Source: Bacillota bacterium
GTDB lineage: Bacteria; Bacillota; Clostridia; Saccharofermentanales; Saccharofermentanaceae
NCBI GenBank assembly: GCA_023397475.1
Contig: JAEWUD010000047.1
Coordinates: 3,543 to 67,542 of the forward strand
Length of the DNA: 64,000 bases
Direction: 5' to 3'
Shown piece after piece: positions 27,176 through 36,072 of the stretch. The notes beneath the pieces are model-generated. The model ran no database searches. It saw nothing but the letters and a program-made list of their open reading frames with translations, and had not been told where the DNA came from. Positions within the stretch are counted from its first letter, which is position 1. Each line of letters starts with the position of its first letter. The position numbers were made by a program, and so were the translations under genes.

Positions 27176-28102
27176 ATGTCCTTTGTGACGATTCTCGAAC
27201 TTCTTGTCAAAATGGCATTCATGATTTCGCTTGGGTATTTTCTCCGGCGACGCAATATCATTACCGAAGAGGTCCAGACCGGCCTATCCGATATTCTTCT
27301 GATCGCGGTATTGCCGCTGAGTGTGCTGTCTTCGTCGGCACATGCGTTTGACGAGGGGACCTTTAGCTCGCTGCTGTTTGTCGGAGCGGCGTCGTTTTGT
27401 TTCTATGGCATCGGATTACTTGTCATGCGTTTTATCTCTAAGCGGTTGCCGATCGAGTCGCGTGAACAGAGAGTATTCGCAACGATGACGGTTTTCGCGA
27501 ATACCGGTTTTGTCGGCATTCCGATTATGACGGAACTGTACGGGAAACCCGGACTCCTGATGGCCGTCGTCTATAACATGATGTACAACCTGTTCATGTA
27601 CACCTTCGGACTCGGGATATTAAGCGGCAGAAGGAAGGTCGACGTTCGGCGTATTCTCCTGAATCCCGTGACCATCGCGTCCGTCGTCGCACTCGGTATC
27701 TTTGTCTCCCCCTTTCGGATTCCGCAGATCCTTATGCAGCCGGTGGAAGCAGTGGGGGGGATGAGCGTTCCGTTATCCATGATCATTATGGGAACCAGTC
27801 TGGTGCGCGTGTCTTTTCGCGATCTTATACGGGACGGATATGCCTTCCTCGCTTCGATGATTCGATTGATGGTATTCCCGCTGATTATGCTCGGAGTTAT
27901 GCTTCTGATCCGACCGGACCCGATAACGGCCTCTGTCGTCGTGCTGATGACAGGGCTCCCCTGCGGGACGATGAATGTCATATTCGCCGAGAAATTCGAT
28001 TGTGCTCCTGCTTTCGCTTCAAGAGCAGTGATGCAGAGTACCGTGCTGATGGCGCTGACGATTGTTTTCTGGAGCTTTGTCAATTCGACTCTTCTGACGT
28101 AA
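27176..28102 (+). CDS. AEC (auxin efflux carrier) family transporter
   Basis: 308-aa polytopic membrane protein with an AEC-like layout. Confidence 0.75.
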   Translation: MSFVTILELLVKMAFMISLGYFLRRRNIITEEVQTGLSDILLIAVLPLSVLSSSAHAFDEGTFSSLLFVGAASFCFYGIGLLVMRFISKRLPIESREQRVFATMTVFANTGFVGIPIMTELYGKPGLLMAVVYNMMYNLFMYTFGLGILSGRRKVDVRRILLNPVTIASVVALGIFVSPFRIPQILMQPVEAVGGMSVPLSMIIMGTSLVRVSFRDLIRDGYAFLASMIRLMVFPLIMLGVMLLIRPDPITASVVVLMTGLPCGTMNVIFAEKFDCAPAFASRAVMQSTVLMALTIVFWSFVNSTLLT

Positions 28103-28718
28103 CAACCGGAGATTTCCCGGAATTCTCTATAGGAACATAAACATCGCAACCGACGACATCATCCCGATCATAGACGAGGGTGGTCTTTGCGTCGTATTTA
28201 CGCAAGACCCAAACGATCCAGAGATCACCGCCGGAGCCTGAAATCATGATCAATGTCAGAAGGAACAGCTCCCAGTTCGGAATAAAAAGAGAGAGCACAG
28301 CGACGGGGAGACAGATTACCCAGAGTGGGGCGAGGCAGCTTCTCCGGTAGGCTTGCAAGGTGAGAATTTCTTCGCAGTGACAGAACGGCGTGAGCTGTTT
28401 AACTCCAAATATGATGCTTTTGCGTCCGCCCTCACAGGCCGGCAGGAAGAATGCTGCGTGCACAAGTTCATGAAGAATAACGAATACAGCCAAGAAGAGA
28501 AAAAGGGCGATAAAGCTCGCGAACCATAGATTGGGAAACGGATTCGATACCTGTAGTGTCATTGATTCCGGCAACCAGACTCGAAATCCGATAAATAACA
28601 GTACATAGGGAATCATGAACGGAAGAGGATGTACGAGAGCGTAGAGGTTTGCTTTGACAAACGACGTAGTGTGCTCTGTCTTCGTATATTTATCTGCTTC
28701 GAGATTCTTCTTATACAT
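28080..28718 (-). CDS. DUF3267-like putative membrane zincin metallopeptidase
   Basis: HELVH motif within a multi-TM protein. Start MYKKN behind AGGAGG. Confidence 0.65.
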   Translation of the reverse strand: MYKKNLEADKYTKTEHTTSFVKANLYALVHPLPFMIPYVLLFIGFRVWLPESMTLQVSNPFPNLWFASFIALFLFLAVFVILHELVHAAFFLPACEGGRKSIIFGVKQLTPFCHCEEILTLQAYRRSCLAPLWVICLPVAVLSLFIPNWELFLLTLIMISGSGGDLWIVWVLRKYDAKTTLVYDRDDVVGCDVYVPIENSGKSPVVTSEESN

Positions 28719-28787
28719 GCGACACCTCCTCATTTCTGTTGAGTATAACAGAATCCGAAAAAATTGAAAAATGTTTGCCGAAGTACC

Positions 28788-28816
28788 TTGACAGACATAG
28801 TAACTCGGAATAGAAT
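28788..28816 (+). promoter_or_regulatory. Candidate sigma-A promoter of the PadR operon
   Basis: TTGACA - 17 nt - TAGAAT, about 50 nt upstream of ATG 28867. Confidence 0.5.
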
Positions 28817-28866
28817 CTACTTTGACAGAGAGAATATCTCGAATCTGTGTTCAGGAGGTACAGCTT

Positions 28867-29202
28867 ATGTCTATTACATCGGATTTACTGCGCGGCCATA
28901 CGGATACCATTATCCTGGCTCATCTGAAAATGAAAGACAGTTACGGATATGAGATCAATAAAGCAATACAGGAGAAGACGGACAATCGCTACGAGTTGAA
29001 GGAAGCCACTTTATATTCGGCTTTCCGCCGGCTGGAGGAAGCGACAATGATCACATCCTATTGGGGGGACGAAACTACGGGAGCCCGTCGAAGATATTAC
29101 TCGATCACGGATCTCGGACGAATGGTGTTGCGCAAGAACAAAGTTGATTGGGAAGAAACCAAGGGAATCATTGACCAGTTATTGAAGGAGGAATCTGTAT
29201 GA
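28867..29202 (+). CDS. PadR family transcriptional regulator
   Basis: LLRGHTDTIILAHLKMKDSYGYEI...LYSAFRRLEE...RRYYSITDLG. RBS AGGAGG. Confidence 0.88.
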   Translation: MSITSDLLRGHTDTIILAHLKMKDSYGYEINKAIQEKTDNRYELKEATLYSAFRRLEEATMITSYWGDETTGARRRYYSITDLGRMVLRKNKVDWEETKGIIDQLLKEESV

Positions 29203-29855
29203 ACGAACGGATTAAGGCATATGTCGACAGCATCTTCACAGGAGCACCGTCGACCAAGAAGATCCTGGACCTTAAAGAAGAAATGTTATCCAATATGAAC
29301 AGCCGCTATGATGATTTACTGAAAGACGGTTTCACCCCGGACGACGCGTACCACACGGTCGTTGTCGGCGTCGGAGATATCTCGGAGCTTTTACGTCAGA
29401 TCCAGAATGAGACGGCCTTCAATGCGCAGTTCTCGCAGAAGGATCGTCAGAAGAACGCGATCTTTGTATCTGTTGCCGTAATGCTGTTTGTGCTCGCACC
29501 GGTTACACTTATCGCAGTGGATGCCTTTGCCTACAATTCTGTTCTGGGTGTTGTCGCCATGCTGACACTCGTGGCCCTTGGCGTCGGTATGCTGGTCTAC
29601 AATGCCTTATCTAAGCCGAAATACGTTAAGGAAGACGAGACAATTGTCGAGGAGTTCAAGGAGTGGAAGAGCAAGAATTCAGAGACGAAGAGACTACGCG
29701 GTGCGATCTCGAGCGTACTGTGGACCTTGATTGTCATCATCTACTTCGCAGTTAGCTTCCTACTGGGCGCATGGCCGATATCTTGGATTATCTTCATCAT
29801 CGGCGCGTGCATCGAGGCAGTGATCGGCCTGATTTTCACGATCAAAGGAGAGTAA
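29199..29855 (+). CDS. Membrane protein of the PadR-associated 'permease prefix / DUF1700-like' type
   Basis: N-terminal helical domain (KAYVDSIFTGAPSTKKILDLKEEMLSNM) followed by TM helices. The start overlaps the padR stop. Confidence 0.65.
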   Translation: MNERIKAYVDSIFTGAPSTKKILDLKEEMLSNMNSRYDDLLKDGFTPDDAYHTVVVGVGDISELLRQIQNETAFNAQFSQKDRQKNAIFVSVAVMLFVLAPVTLIAVDAFAYNSVLGVVAMLTLVALGVGMLVYNALSKPKYVKEDETIVEEFKEWKSKNSETKRLRGAISSVLWTLIVIIYFAVSFLLGAWPISWIIFIIGACIEAVIGLIFTIKGE

Positions 29856-29856
29856 T

Positions 29857-30867
29857 ATGAAGGCGCTTAAGATCGTACAACTCATTCTCTATCTTGTTCT
29901 TATTGTTTTTCTGGTCGGCATTATCATTGTTTTCGTGAATGGGAAGATGAATTTCAATCAGATCTTCCATATTGAACCTGCGGTTCAAATCAGCGAAACA
30001 ACAGAGAAAAGTTCAGATATCGAAAAAATCAGCACGGAGCTTCTGGATGTCGACATCCGGATTCTTGAGGGGTCAGAAGACCAGGTTCGCGTTGTCTATT
30101 TGGGACCTAAGTCCGAGATGGAGGACCCGAAGGTCACTGTGAGCCTGGATGGTGATGAGTTACGAATCGTTCAGGAAGGGAATACCTTCCAGATTTTCCA
30201 GTGGACAACGACATCGAGAACCATCGAGATCTATGTCCCGGAGAATTGTGACGCCTCATATGATCTGAGAACGGCATCCGGAGATCTCAAATCAGATCTG
30301 GCGATAGATGCACCTGAATTCAGCTTGAAGCTCTTAAGTGGCGATGTGTCCCTGACATCGCTCGAGACCGATAAGGCACAGATCAATCTGACATCGGGAT
30401 CTCTGTCGATGGATCGCCTGATTGCGAACACAACCTCGATTGACGCGAAGTCCGGTGATATCAATATCGGGGAATTCGAGAGCGACGCAGAGCTTCGTGT
30501 CCTGTCCGGTGATGTGAATATTACATCCTTCACCCATAAACTCAACATGAATCTCAGCAGCGGAGACATTCTGATCTCAAGCTTCTCCGGATCGGGAGAC
30601 ATTCACACAACGGCCGGATCGATCGATCTCCAGATTGTGGAGTCGAACGGCGACCTTGATATCTCTTCTACCTCCGGCGATGTCTCGGTCAAGCTTTCCG
30701 AGGCGGTGTCGTACCGCTTCGATGTGAATACGGTTGCGGGAGATGTCACCACGAACATTCCGACGATAAACAGCGGTGACAATCATGTATCCGGAGAGAT
30801 CGGGGAAGATCCCGCGTATGAGTTAACCGTACAGGTTACTGCCGGTGATGTCCTCCTGAATGACTGA
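29857..30867 (+). CDS. DUF4097 beta-strand repeat (putative adhesin) protein with an N-terminal TM anchor
   Basis: Repeated SGD(V/I/L)xxxx strands (SGDLKSDL, SGDVSLTS, SGSLSMDR, SGDINIGE, SGDVNITS, SGDILISS...). Confidence 0.8.
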   Translation: MKALKIVQLILYLVLIVFLVGIIIVFVNGKMNFNQIFHIEPAVQISETTEKSSDIEKISTELLDVDIRILEGSEDQVRVVYLGPKSEMEDPKVTVSLDGDELRIVQEGNTFQIFQWTTTSRTIEIYVPENCDASYDLRTASGDLKSDLAIDAPEFSLKLLSGDVSLTSLETDKAQINLTSGSLSMDRLIANTTSIDAKSGDINIGEFESDAELRVLSGDVNITSFTHKLNMNLSSGDILISSFSGSGDIHTTAGSIDLQIVESNGDLDISSTSGDVSVKLSEAVSYRFDVNTVAGDVTTNIPTINSGDNHVSGEIGEDPAYELTVQVTAGDVLLND

Positions 30868-30915
30868 TTCTCCGTAACGAGTACCGCATACCGCAAAACA
30901 TCACAGGAAAAAGTA

Positions 30916-31019
30916 GAGAACCCAACGCCCGGCTTCGAAACATTCGGAGCTGCCGAAAGTGAAGCCGCAGACTCCCCGCGGTGCACGACGGACAAACGCG
31001 TTGGGCTCTCTTTTTTTTT
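30916..31019 (+). terminator. Long nested-hairpin terminator / structured 3' element
   Basis: GAGAACCCAACGC (30916-30928) pairs 12/13 with GCGTTGGGCTCTC (30998-31010), followed by T9. The 69-nt interior contains GGCTTC..TTCGG-agctg-CCGAA..GAAGCC. Confidence 0.6.
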
Positions 31020-31117
31020 GCCGCTCATGATATAATGCGCTTGAAGATTTGTCATTCGTATCCAGATAAGTTTATTGTTCCGGACAACTAGGGAATTACG
31101 GTAAGGGAGAACGCGGG

Positions 31118-31951
31118 ATGTATATTCCGAAAGAAGCTTTGGGTCTGCGCATAACGAATTTCGCATTCTACCTTGTCATGGTGATTTCGATGTACGCGTT
31201 TGATCGAATCTCCTTGAACGGGGTTACGCTTTTTGATGCGCTTCTTTCTCTGGATACACCACTGACGCCGGACCGTTTCGCATTTTCTGTGTTGCAGGCC
31301 ATATATGTTCTTTTATTCTGTCTGAATCTCTATTCCTTCGGAGCTTTTCACGGAAATTCGAGAGGGGATAACCCAGATCTTATCCATGTCATGGGGCCCT
31401 TTTTCTTCTTCGCAATGGGTGCTGCGGGAGCTTACAGCTTTTCGCTGCATTTCAAGAATCTGTTGGTTTGCATGATCCTGGCGTTTTTCTTGTGGTTTTG
31501 CCTTCAACGGGCCCTCGCAGGCATCCGGGAAGAGGCGAAGCGAACAAGGGAGAAGATCTTTTTTCGAGCCCCGTTAAGCGCGGCATATGCGGTTTCGACG
31601 TCCGTTTTTTTCCTCACGGCAGCTATGCTCTTCCGGGATATGAGACATAATATCCCGGATTTTGGCTACTCCATGTGGATGTACGGGAGCCTGATATTTA
31701 TGATCATCATCGGCGTCTACTATACGACACGGTACAGTGATTATGTCTTCAATCTGGGAATGACATGGATGCTGATCGGAGTTTTTTATAAGAACATCCA
31801 GATTGTCGGAGAAGAGACATCCTTTACGGTTGCCTTACTTGCGTCGGTCGGTATAGGGGTTCTTCTTATTGTAGCGGGCGTTACTTATCTTGCCGGCCGT
31901 AACAAGCCGAAGCTGCCGGAAGGCCCGGGGCATTGGATTCTTTACGACTGA
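31118..31951 (+). CDS. Polytopic integral membrane protein; hypothetical
   Basis: 277 aa with about 7 hydrophobic helices. RBS AAGGGAG. A TGATATAAT extended -10 lies at 31028-31036. Confidence 0.65.
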   Translation: MYIPKEALGLRITNFAFYLVMVISMYAFDRISLNGVTLFDALLSLDTPLTPDRFAFSVLQAIYVLLFCLNLYSFGAFHGNSRGDNPDLIHVMGPFFFFAMGAAGAYSFSLHFKNLLVCMILAFFLWFCLQRALAGIREEAKRTREKIFFRAPLSAAYAVSTSVFFLTAAMLFRDMRHNIPDFGYSMWMYGSLIFMIIIGVYYTTRYSDYVFNLGMTWMLIGVFYKNIQIVGEETSFTVALLASVGIGVLLIVAGVTYLAGRNKPKLPEGPGHWILYD

Positions 31952-33151
31952 TTCCATGCGCTGTTCATGACGTATGATCTTGCGATCCAACGTATGCATA
32001 TATACGTCCTCGACCCGTGCGCCAAACGACTCCGCGGAATAGGATTTGACTCCTTCGTACGCATTCTTCACATAACCGGATGCCAGCGAACGATTGGTAA
32101 GAACGCTCTCGACGAGCTCGGGAATTTGAACCGGGTCATCAAAGAGTCGACCGTCAATCTTGTCGCGAATAATCCGACGAATACAATCATCGTTGCGCGC
32201 GATGATCGGGAGTTCTGCGGCCATCGCCTCATAATATGTCAGTCCCTGCGTCTCTGTCGTTGAACAACACAAGAACAGGTCTCCCAGACGATAGTACTTG
32301 CCGATCTCCAGATAGGGAACCGCTCCGATAAAAATAACATGTTTCTTAACGCCGATCTCTTCAGCCAGAGACGCTAAAGAGTCCAGCGCCGGCCCTTTGC
32401 CGACGATAACCATACGCGCCAGGGGAATTCGTCGCAGGATCTCCGGCATCTGGCGAATCGCCTGGTCGAGACTCTTCTCCTTTGCGACTCGTCCGAGACA
32501 GAGGATAATCGGCCAGGATGGATCTATACCGTGCTTCTTCTTGATTGCGAGGACATCCTTGTCTGCGTACCCGTTCTTGCGAAAGGGATCGAGATCAATT
32601 CCCGTCGGGATGACATAGATCGGCTTGGTAACACCGCAATCCAGCAAATATTGCTTCGTCTTATCCGTAGGCGCGATAACAGTTGACGCAAGATTACTGA
32701 AGAACTTGCTGTACGTGTGCGCCATCTGTGGCGTCGCGATCTTTCCGTTGCCGATATAATGGATATAGTCCGCCCACATCGTATGATAGGTATGAACGAT
32801 CGGTATGCGAAAAGATGTCGCGGCGTAGAGTGCCATGAATCCCATAAAAAACTCAGATTGCGTGTGAATAAGGTCGATCTTGAACTTCTTGATCAATCGG
32901 ATCAGACGCATCGAACGGAACGAGAAAAGCGATGCGGCACGGTACGGCTTAAGAAAAATGATCGGAACGCTGGTGAAGCGATAGACAAATTGATCTTCCG
33001 GTGCCTTCTTCTTAACGGATCTTGATTCAGTAACCGTAAAAACATATACCTTATGACCGCGCTTGCGTAATTCCTGCGACAAGGTGTGGACGGAAGCGGC
33101 CACGCCGTTGATGTCAGGGAAGTAGGTATCCGTAAATATCGCGATATTCAT
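31835..33151 (-). CDS. Glycosyltransferase family 4 (glycolipid/diacylglycerol glycosyltransferase-like)
   Basis: MNIAIFTDTYFPDINGVA N-terminus and the GT4 C-terminal E-x7-E region (TETQGLTYYEAMA). The C-terminal ~50-aa tail overlaps the convergent gene. Confidence 0.85.
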   Translation of the reverse strand: MNIAIFTDTYFPDINGVAASVHTLSQELRKRGHKVYVFTVTESRSVKKKAPEDQFVYRFTSVPIIFLKPYRAASLFSFRSMRLIRLIKKFKIDLIHTQSEFFMGFMALYAATSFRIPIVHTYHTMWADYIHYIGNGKIATPQMAHTYSKFFSNLASTVIAPTDKTKQYLLDCGVTKPIYVIPTGIDLDPFRKNGYADKDVLAIKKKHGIDPSWPIILCLGRVAKEKSLDQAIRQMPEILRRIPLARMVIVGKGPALDSLASLAEEIGVKKHVIFIGAVPYLEIGKYYRLGDLFLCCSTTETQGLTYYEAMAAELPIIARNDDCIRRIIRDKIDGRLFDDPVQIPELVESVLTNRSLASGYVKNAYEGVKSYSAESFGARVEDVYMHTLDRKIIRHEQRMESVVKNPMPRAFRQLRLVTAGKISNARYNKKNPYTDRRK

Positions 33152-33220
33152 GCAAATCTCCGTTTCGTCGGCTCTCCGATCAGTATAATACCAGAAAACC
33201 ATAAAAGAATGACAGAATTG

Positions 33221-33868
33221 TTAGGGTTCATCCCCGATTCCGGCTGCGCGTTTTAAATAAAAGATCGCAAGTTGCGTCCGCGACTTCAGGGATAACTTAT
33301 CCAGAAGAATACTGATTGCGTTACGGACTGTGCCCTCGCTGCTGTAAAGCTTTTCCGCGATCTCTTTATTACTTAAACCCTCAGAGACCAGTTCGATGAT
33401 CGAGAGTTCCTTCGGCGTTAAGAGGTAGGAGGAGAGATCCGGCGCATCCGGAGATACCGGTCGATTCAGTAGGGAGAATCGCGCTGCAATATCTCCTCCG
33501 AAAACACTCTGCCCGGCAAAAACCGCACGAAGCGAAGGCACGATACTGTCGAAATCCTGCTTCAGGAGGTATCCGCGAGCGCCCATCCGCAAAGCTTTCA
33601 CAATATAATCATCATCGGAGAACGTAGTAAGAAAGAAAACCCTGGCATCGGGAAACATCGCGAGAAGCGACTCCCCCGCGGCAAGTCCGCTTGTCTTCTT
33701 CATGCGAATATCCATGAGGAGAATATCCGGCCGATGTGCGTTGTATAAAGGAATAGCATCTGATCCGTCCGACCCGGTCGCGGGAACCGATATGTCGCCC
33801 GACGCTTCGAGAATCGTCTTGAGCGCCTGTGAGACAAGTGGATCATCATCGATAATTACAATCTTCAT
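33221..33868 (-). CDS. Response regulator, NarL/LuxR family
   Basis: Receiver domain (IIDDDP...LLMDIRM) plus LuxR HTH (LTPKELSIIELVSEGLSNKEIAEKLYSSEGTVRN). Confidence 0.9.
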   Translation of the reverse strand: MKIVIIDDDPLVSQALKTILEASGDISVPATGSDGSDAIPLYNAHRPDILLMDIRMKKTSGLAAGESLLAMFPDARVFFLTTFSDDDYIVKALRMGARGYLLKQDFDSIVPSLRAVFAGQSVFGGDIAARFSLLNRPVSPDAPDLSSYLLTPKELSIIELVSEGLSNKEIAEKLYSSEGTVRNAISILLDKLSLKSRTQLAIFYLKRAAGIGDEP

Positions 33869-34941
33869 TCTTCCTCCTTGGGTACGGCGACGAATACCTC
33901 GAATCCGTTCTGTTCGCGAAAAACCACATTGCCGTGAAGACTCTCAATACGTGTTCGAATGTTCCGCAGACCCATGCCTTCTGTTTCCGCAACGGAAGAC
34001 TCTTTCCGGAGGCTTCCGTTATCGCGCACGACCAGCTGGTACAATGCGGGATGCTCTATGATCATTACGGTCACTTGAGTGGCATTCGAATGACGGGCGA
34101 TATTTGCGAGAGACTCCTTAAGAACGGAGAGGAACGCATAACGAATCTTAACGGACGGAGTAGAATCAACCGCGTATTTGAAGGTCAACGGACAGAATGC
34201 GAACCGGTCCGTCAGCGCCTTCGTCTCATCGAAAAGGCTGAAGGATTCATCTCGCAGATTATGAATGCTCGATCGGACTTCGTCCATTCCGTCGGACAGT
34301 GTGTCGCGAAGGAGGGTCAACCCCGCCTTCGTACTCTCCTCTTTGCTGGTAGCCAGAAGCGCACCGGTTTGAAGAAGAGACCCGGTCAGAACATGTCCAA
34401 TATTATCATGAAGTTCTACGGCAATCCTGTTTCTCTCCTTAAGAGTTGCTAAATGAATCTCATAATCCTGTTTCTCGAGAAGTTCGCGATTGGACTTCTC
34501 AAGAAGATACTGCTTCTCGGTAACCTCGTCGCGCAGGCGATGATATTCCGACTTCATCCTCTCCGCATCTCTCGTCCGGATTCGAAGAATGATCGAGAGG
34601 AGCACCAGAAGCGCGATAATAACGGCCGGCATGATGGTGATCTGTGAAGCGGAGAGGGCAATCGGAAACAGACATAGGAGATTAACGTACAGGAAGCGTC
34701 CGTTTGACACATCGTAGGAAAAGATCGGGAGGAAGAAGACAAGCGGAGGAAAGAAGATCGATCCGATCATGCAAAGACCCAAGCCGCAGAGGTAACCCTT
34801 GTCATTATCCCAGAGCGTCAATACAGCCGTACCGAGCAATGAAGCTATCACGAAAAGTACCGCGAAAGGTTCGGCGGTATTTACAAGAAAAAACGTAAGG
34901 CAGAAAACGAAAAGAATAGCCTTATCCAGCAATGCAGTCAT
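33865..34941 (-). CDS. Sensor histidine kinase, HisKA_3 type with a multi-TM sensor
   Basis: H-box RNRIAVELHDNIGHVLT and an HATPase_c C-terminus. Overlaps the regulator gene by 4 nt. Confidence 0.88.
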   Translation of the reverse strand: MTALLDKAILFVFCLTFFLVNTAEPFAVLFVIASLLGTAVLTLWDNDKGYLCGLGLCMIGSIFFPPLVFFLPIFSYDVSNGRFLYVNLLCLFPIALSASQITIMPAVIIALLVLLSIILRIRTRDAERMKSEYHRLRDEVTEKQYLLEKSNRELLEKQDYEIHLATLKERNRIAVELHDNIGHVLTGSLLQTGALLATSKEESTKAGLTLLRDTLSDGMDEVRSSIHNLRDESFSLFDETKALTDRFAFCPLTFKYAVDSTPSVKIRYAFLSVLKESLANIARHSNATQVTVMIIEHPALYQLVVRDNGSLRKESSVAETEGMGLRNIRTRIESLHGNVVFREQNGFEVFVAVPKEEE

Positions 34942-35011
34942 GTAAAGGCTCCATTTCTTGAGAAGTACGAATCCTTTCTTATTCTATCATGTTCGTAAGA
35001 TTCGCGTTTGA

Positions 35012-35061
35012 TGACATTTGTCACAGGAGAATGAGGAGGTTTGTCACTTATGCGGACAAAC
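35012..35061. promoter_or_regulatory. Two inverted repeats sharing TTTGTCAC in the divergent TCS/ABC intergenic region; candidate regulator binding sites
   Basis: TGACA-tt-TGTCA (35012-35023) and GTTTGTC-9 nt-GACAAAC (35039-35061). The TTTGTCAC copies are 22 bp apart. Confidence 0.3.
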
Positions 35062-35121
35062 AGGGAACAGTACAATGGAGACACAATAAAACAGATGCGG
35101 GTGGTAACCCGGGAGGGAAAT

Positions 35122-36060
35122 ATGGTTGTTAAGGTTTCAAAGCTAGTGAAGCGATACGGCGATCTCATCGCATTAGACCATCTGGAGCTTGAGGTACGCG
35201 AGGGCGAGGTCTTCGGCCTTCTGGGTCCGAATGGTTCGGGCAAGACAACGGTGATCAACTGCATCCTTTCTCTCTTGTCTTTTGACAAGGGTGAGATCGA
35301 AGTGTTCGGAAAGTCGATGAAGCCGTCGTCCTATGATCTGAAAAGAGACATCGGCATCGTCATGCAGAATGTCGCGGTGATCAACGAATTGACCGTTTAT
35401 GAGAATATCGATTATTTCTGCGGTATGTATATTTCGGATAAGGCAACGCGCAAGAAACTTGTCGAAGAGGCTATCGAATTCGTAGGCTTGGGTGATTTTC
35501 GCAAGTTCTATCCCAAGAAACTCTCCGGCGGTCTGTTACGCCGCCTCAACATTGCTTGCGGCATTGCTCACAAGCCGAAACTGATCATTATGGATGAGCC
35601 GACGGTTGCGGTCGATCCGCAGAGCAGAAACAGTATCCTCGAGGGTATCGAGAAACTGAACGCCCAGGGCGCGACAGTTATCTACACTTCGCATTATATG
35701 GAAGAGGTCGAGCAGATCTGCACACGAATCGGAATTATGGACAAGGGGCGGATTATCGCTTCAGGAACAAAGGAAGACCTGAAGAGCATGATTCGCGTAG
35801 GTGAGAAGATCAGCGTCGAATGCCTAGCCGGAGATACCGATTCCCTCGTTCAGCATATCAATGAACTCCCACATGTCGCCGACGCTCTAATGAGTGGAAA
35901 TATGCTGCGTGTGACGACGGAGAGAGGGCATAACGGGTTGACGACCATTCTCGAGAAGGTACAGGGACGTGGGATCCATGTCGGTCGCGTCTATTGTGAA
36001 CTTCCGACCTTGAACGATGTCTTCCTCGAGATCACCGGCAAAGAGTTAAGAGATTCCTAA
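35122..36060 (+). CDS. ABC transporter ATP-binding protein (ABC-2 subfamily partner)
   Basis: Walker A GPNGSGKTT, signature LSGGLLRR, Walker B LIIMDEP. ATG behind GGGAGGG. Confidence 0.92.
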   Translation: MVVKVSKLVKRYGDLIALDHLELEVREGEVFGLLGPNGSGKTTVINCILSLLSFDKGEIEVFGKSMKPSSYDLKRDIGIVMQNVAVINELTVYENIDYFCGMYISDKATRKKLVEEAIEFVGLGDFRKFYPKKLSGGLLRRLNIACGIAHKPKLIIMDEPTVAVDPQSRNSILEGIEKLNAQGATVIYTSHYMEEVEQICTRIGIMDKGRIIASGTKEDLKSMIRVGEKISVECLAGDTDSLVQHINELPHVADALMSGNMLRVTTERGHNGLTTILEKVQGRGIHVGRVYCELPTLNDVFLEITGKELRDS

Positions 36061-36072
36061 GGAGGGCGTTAC

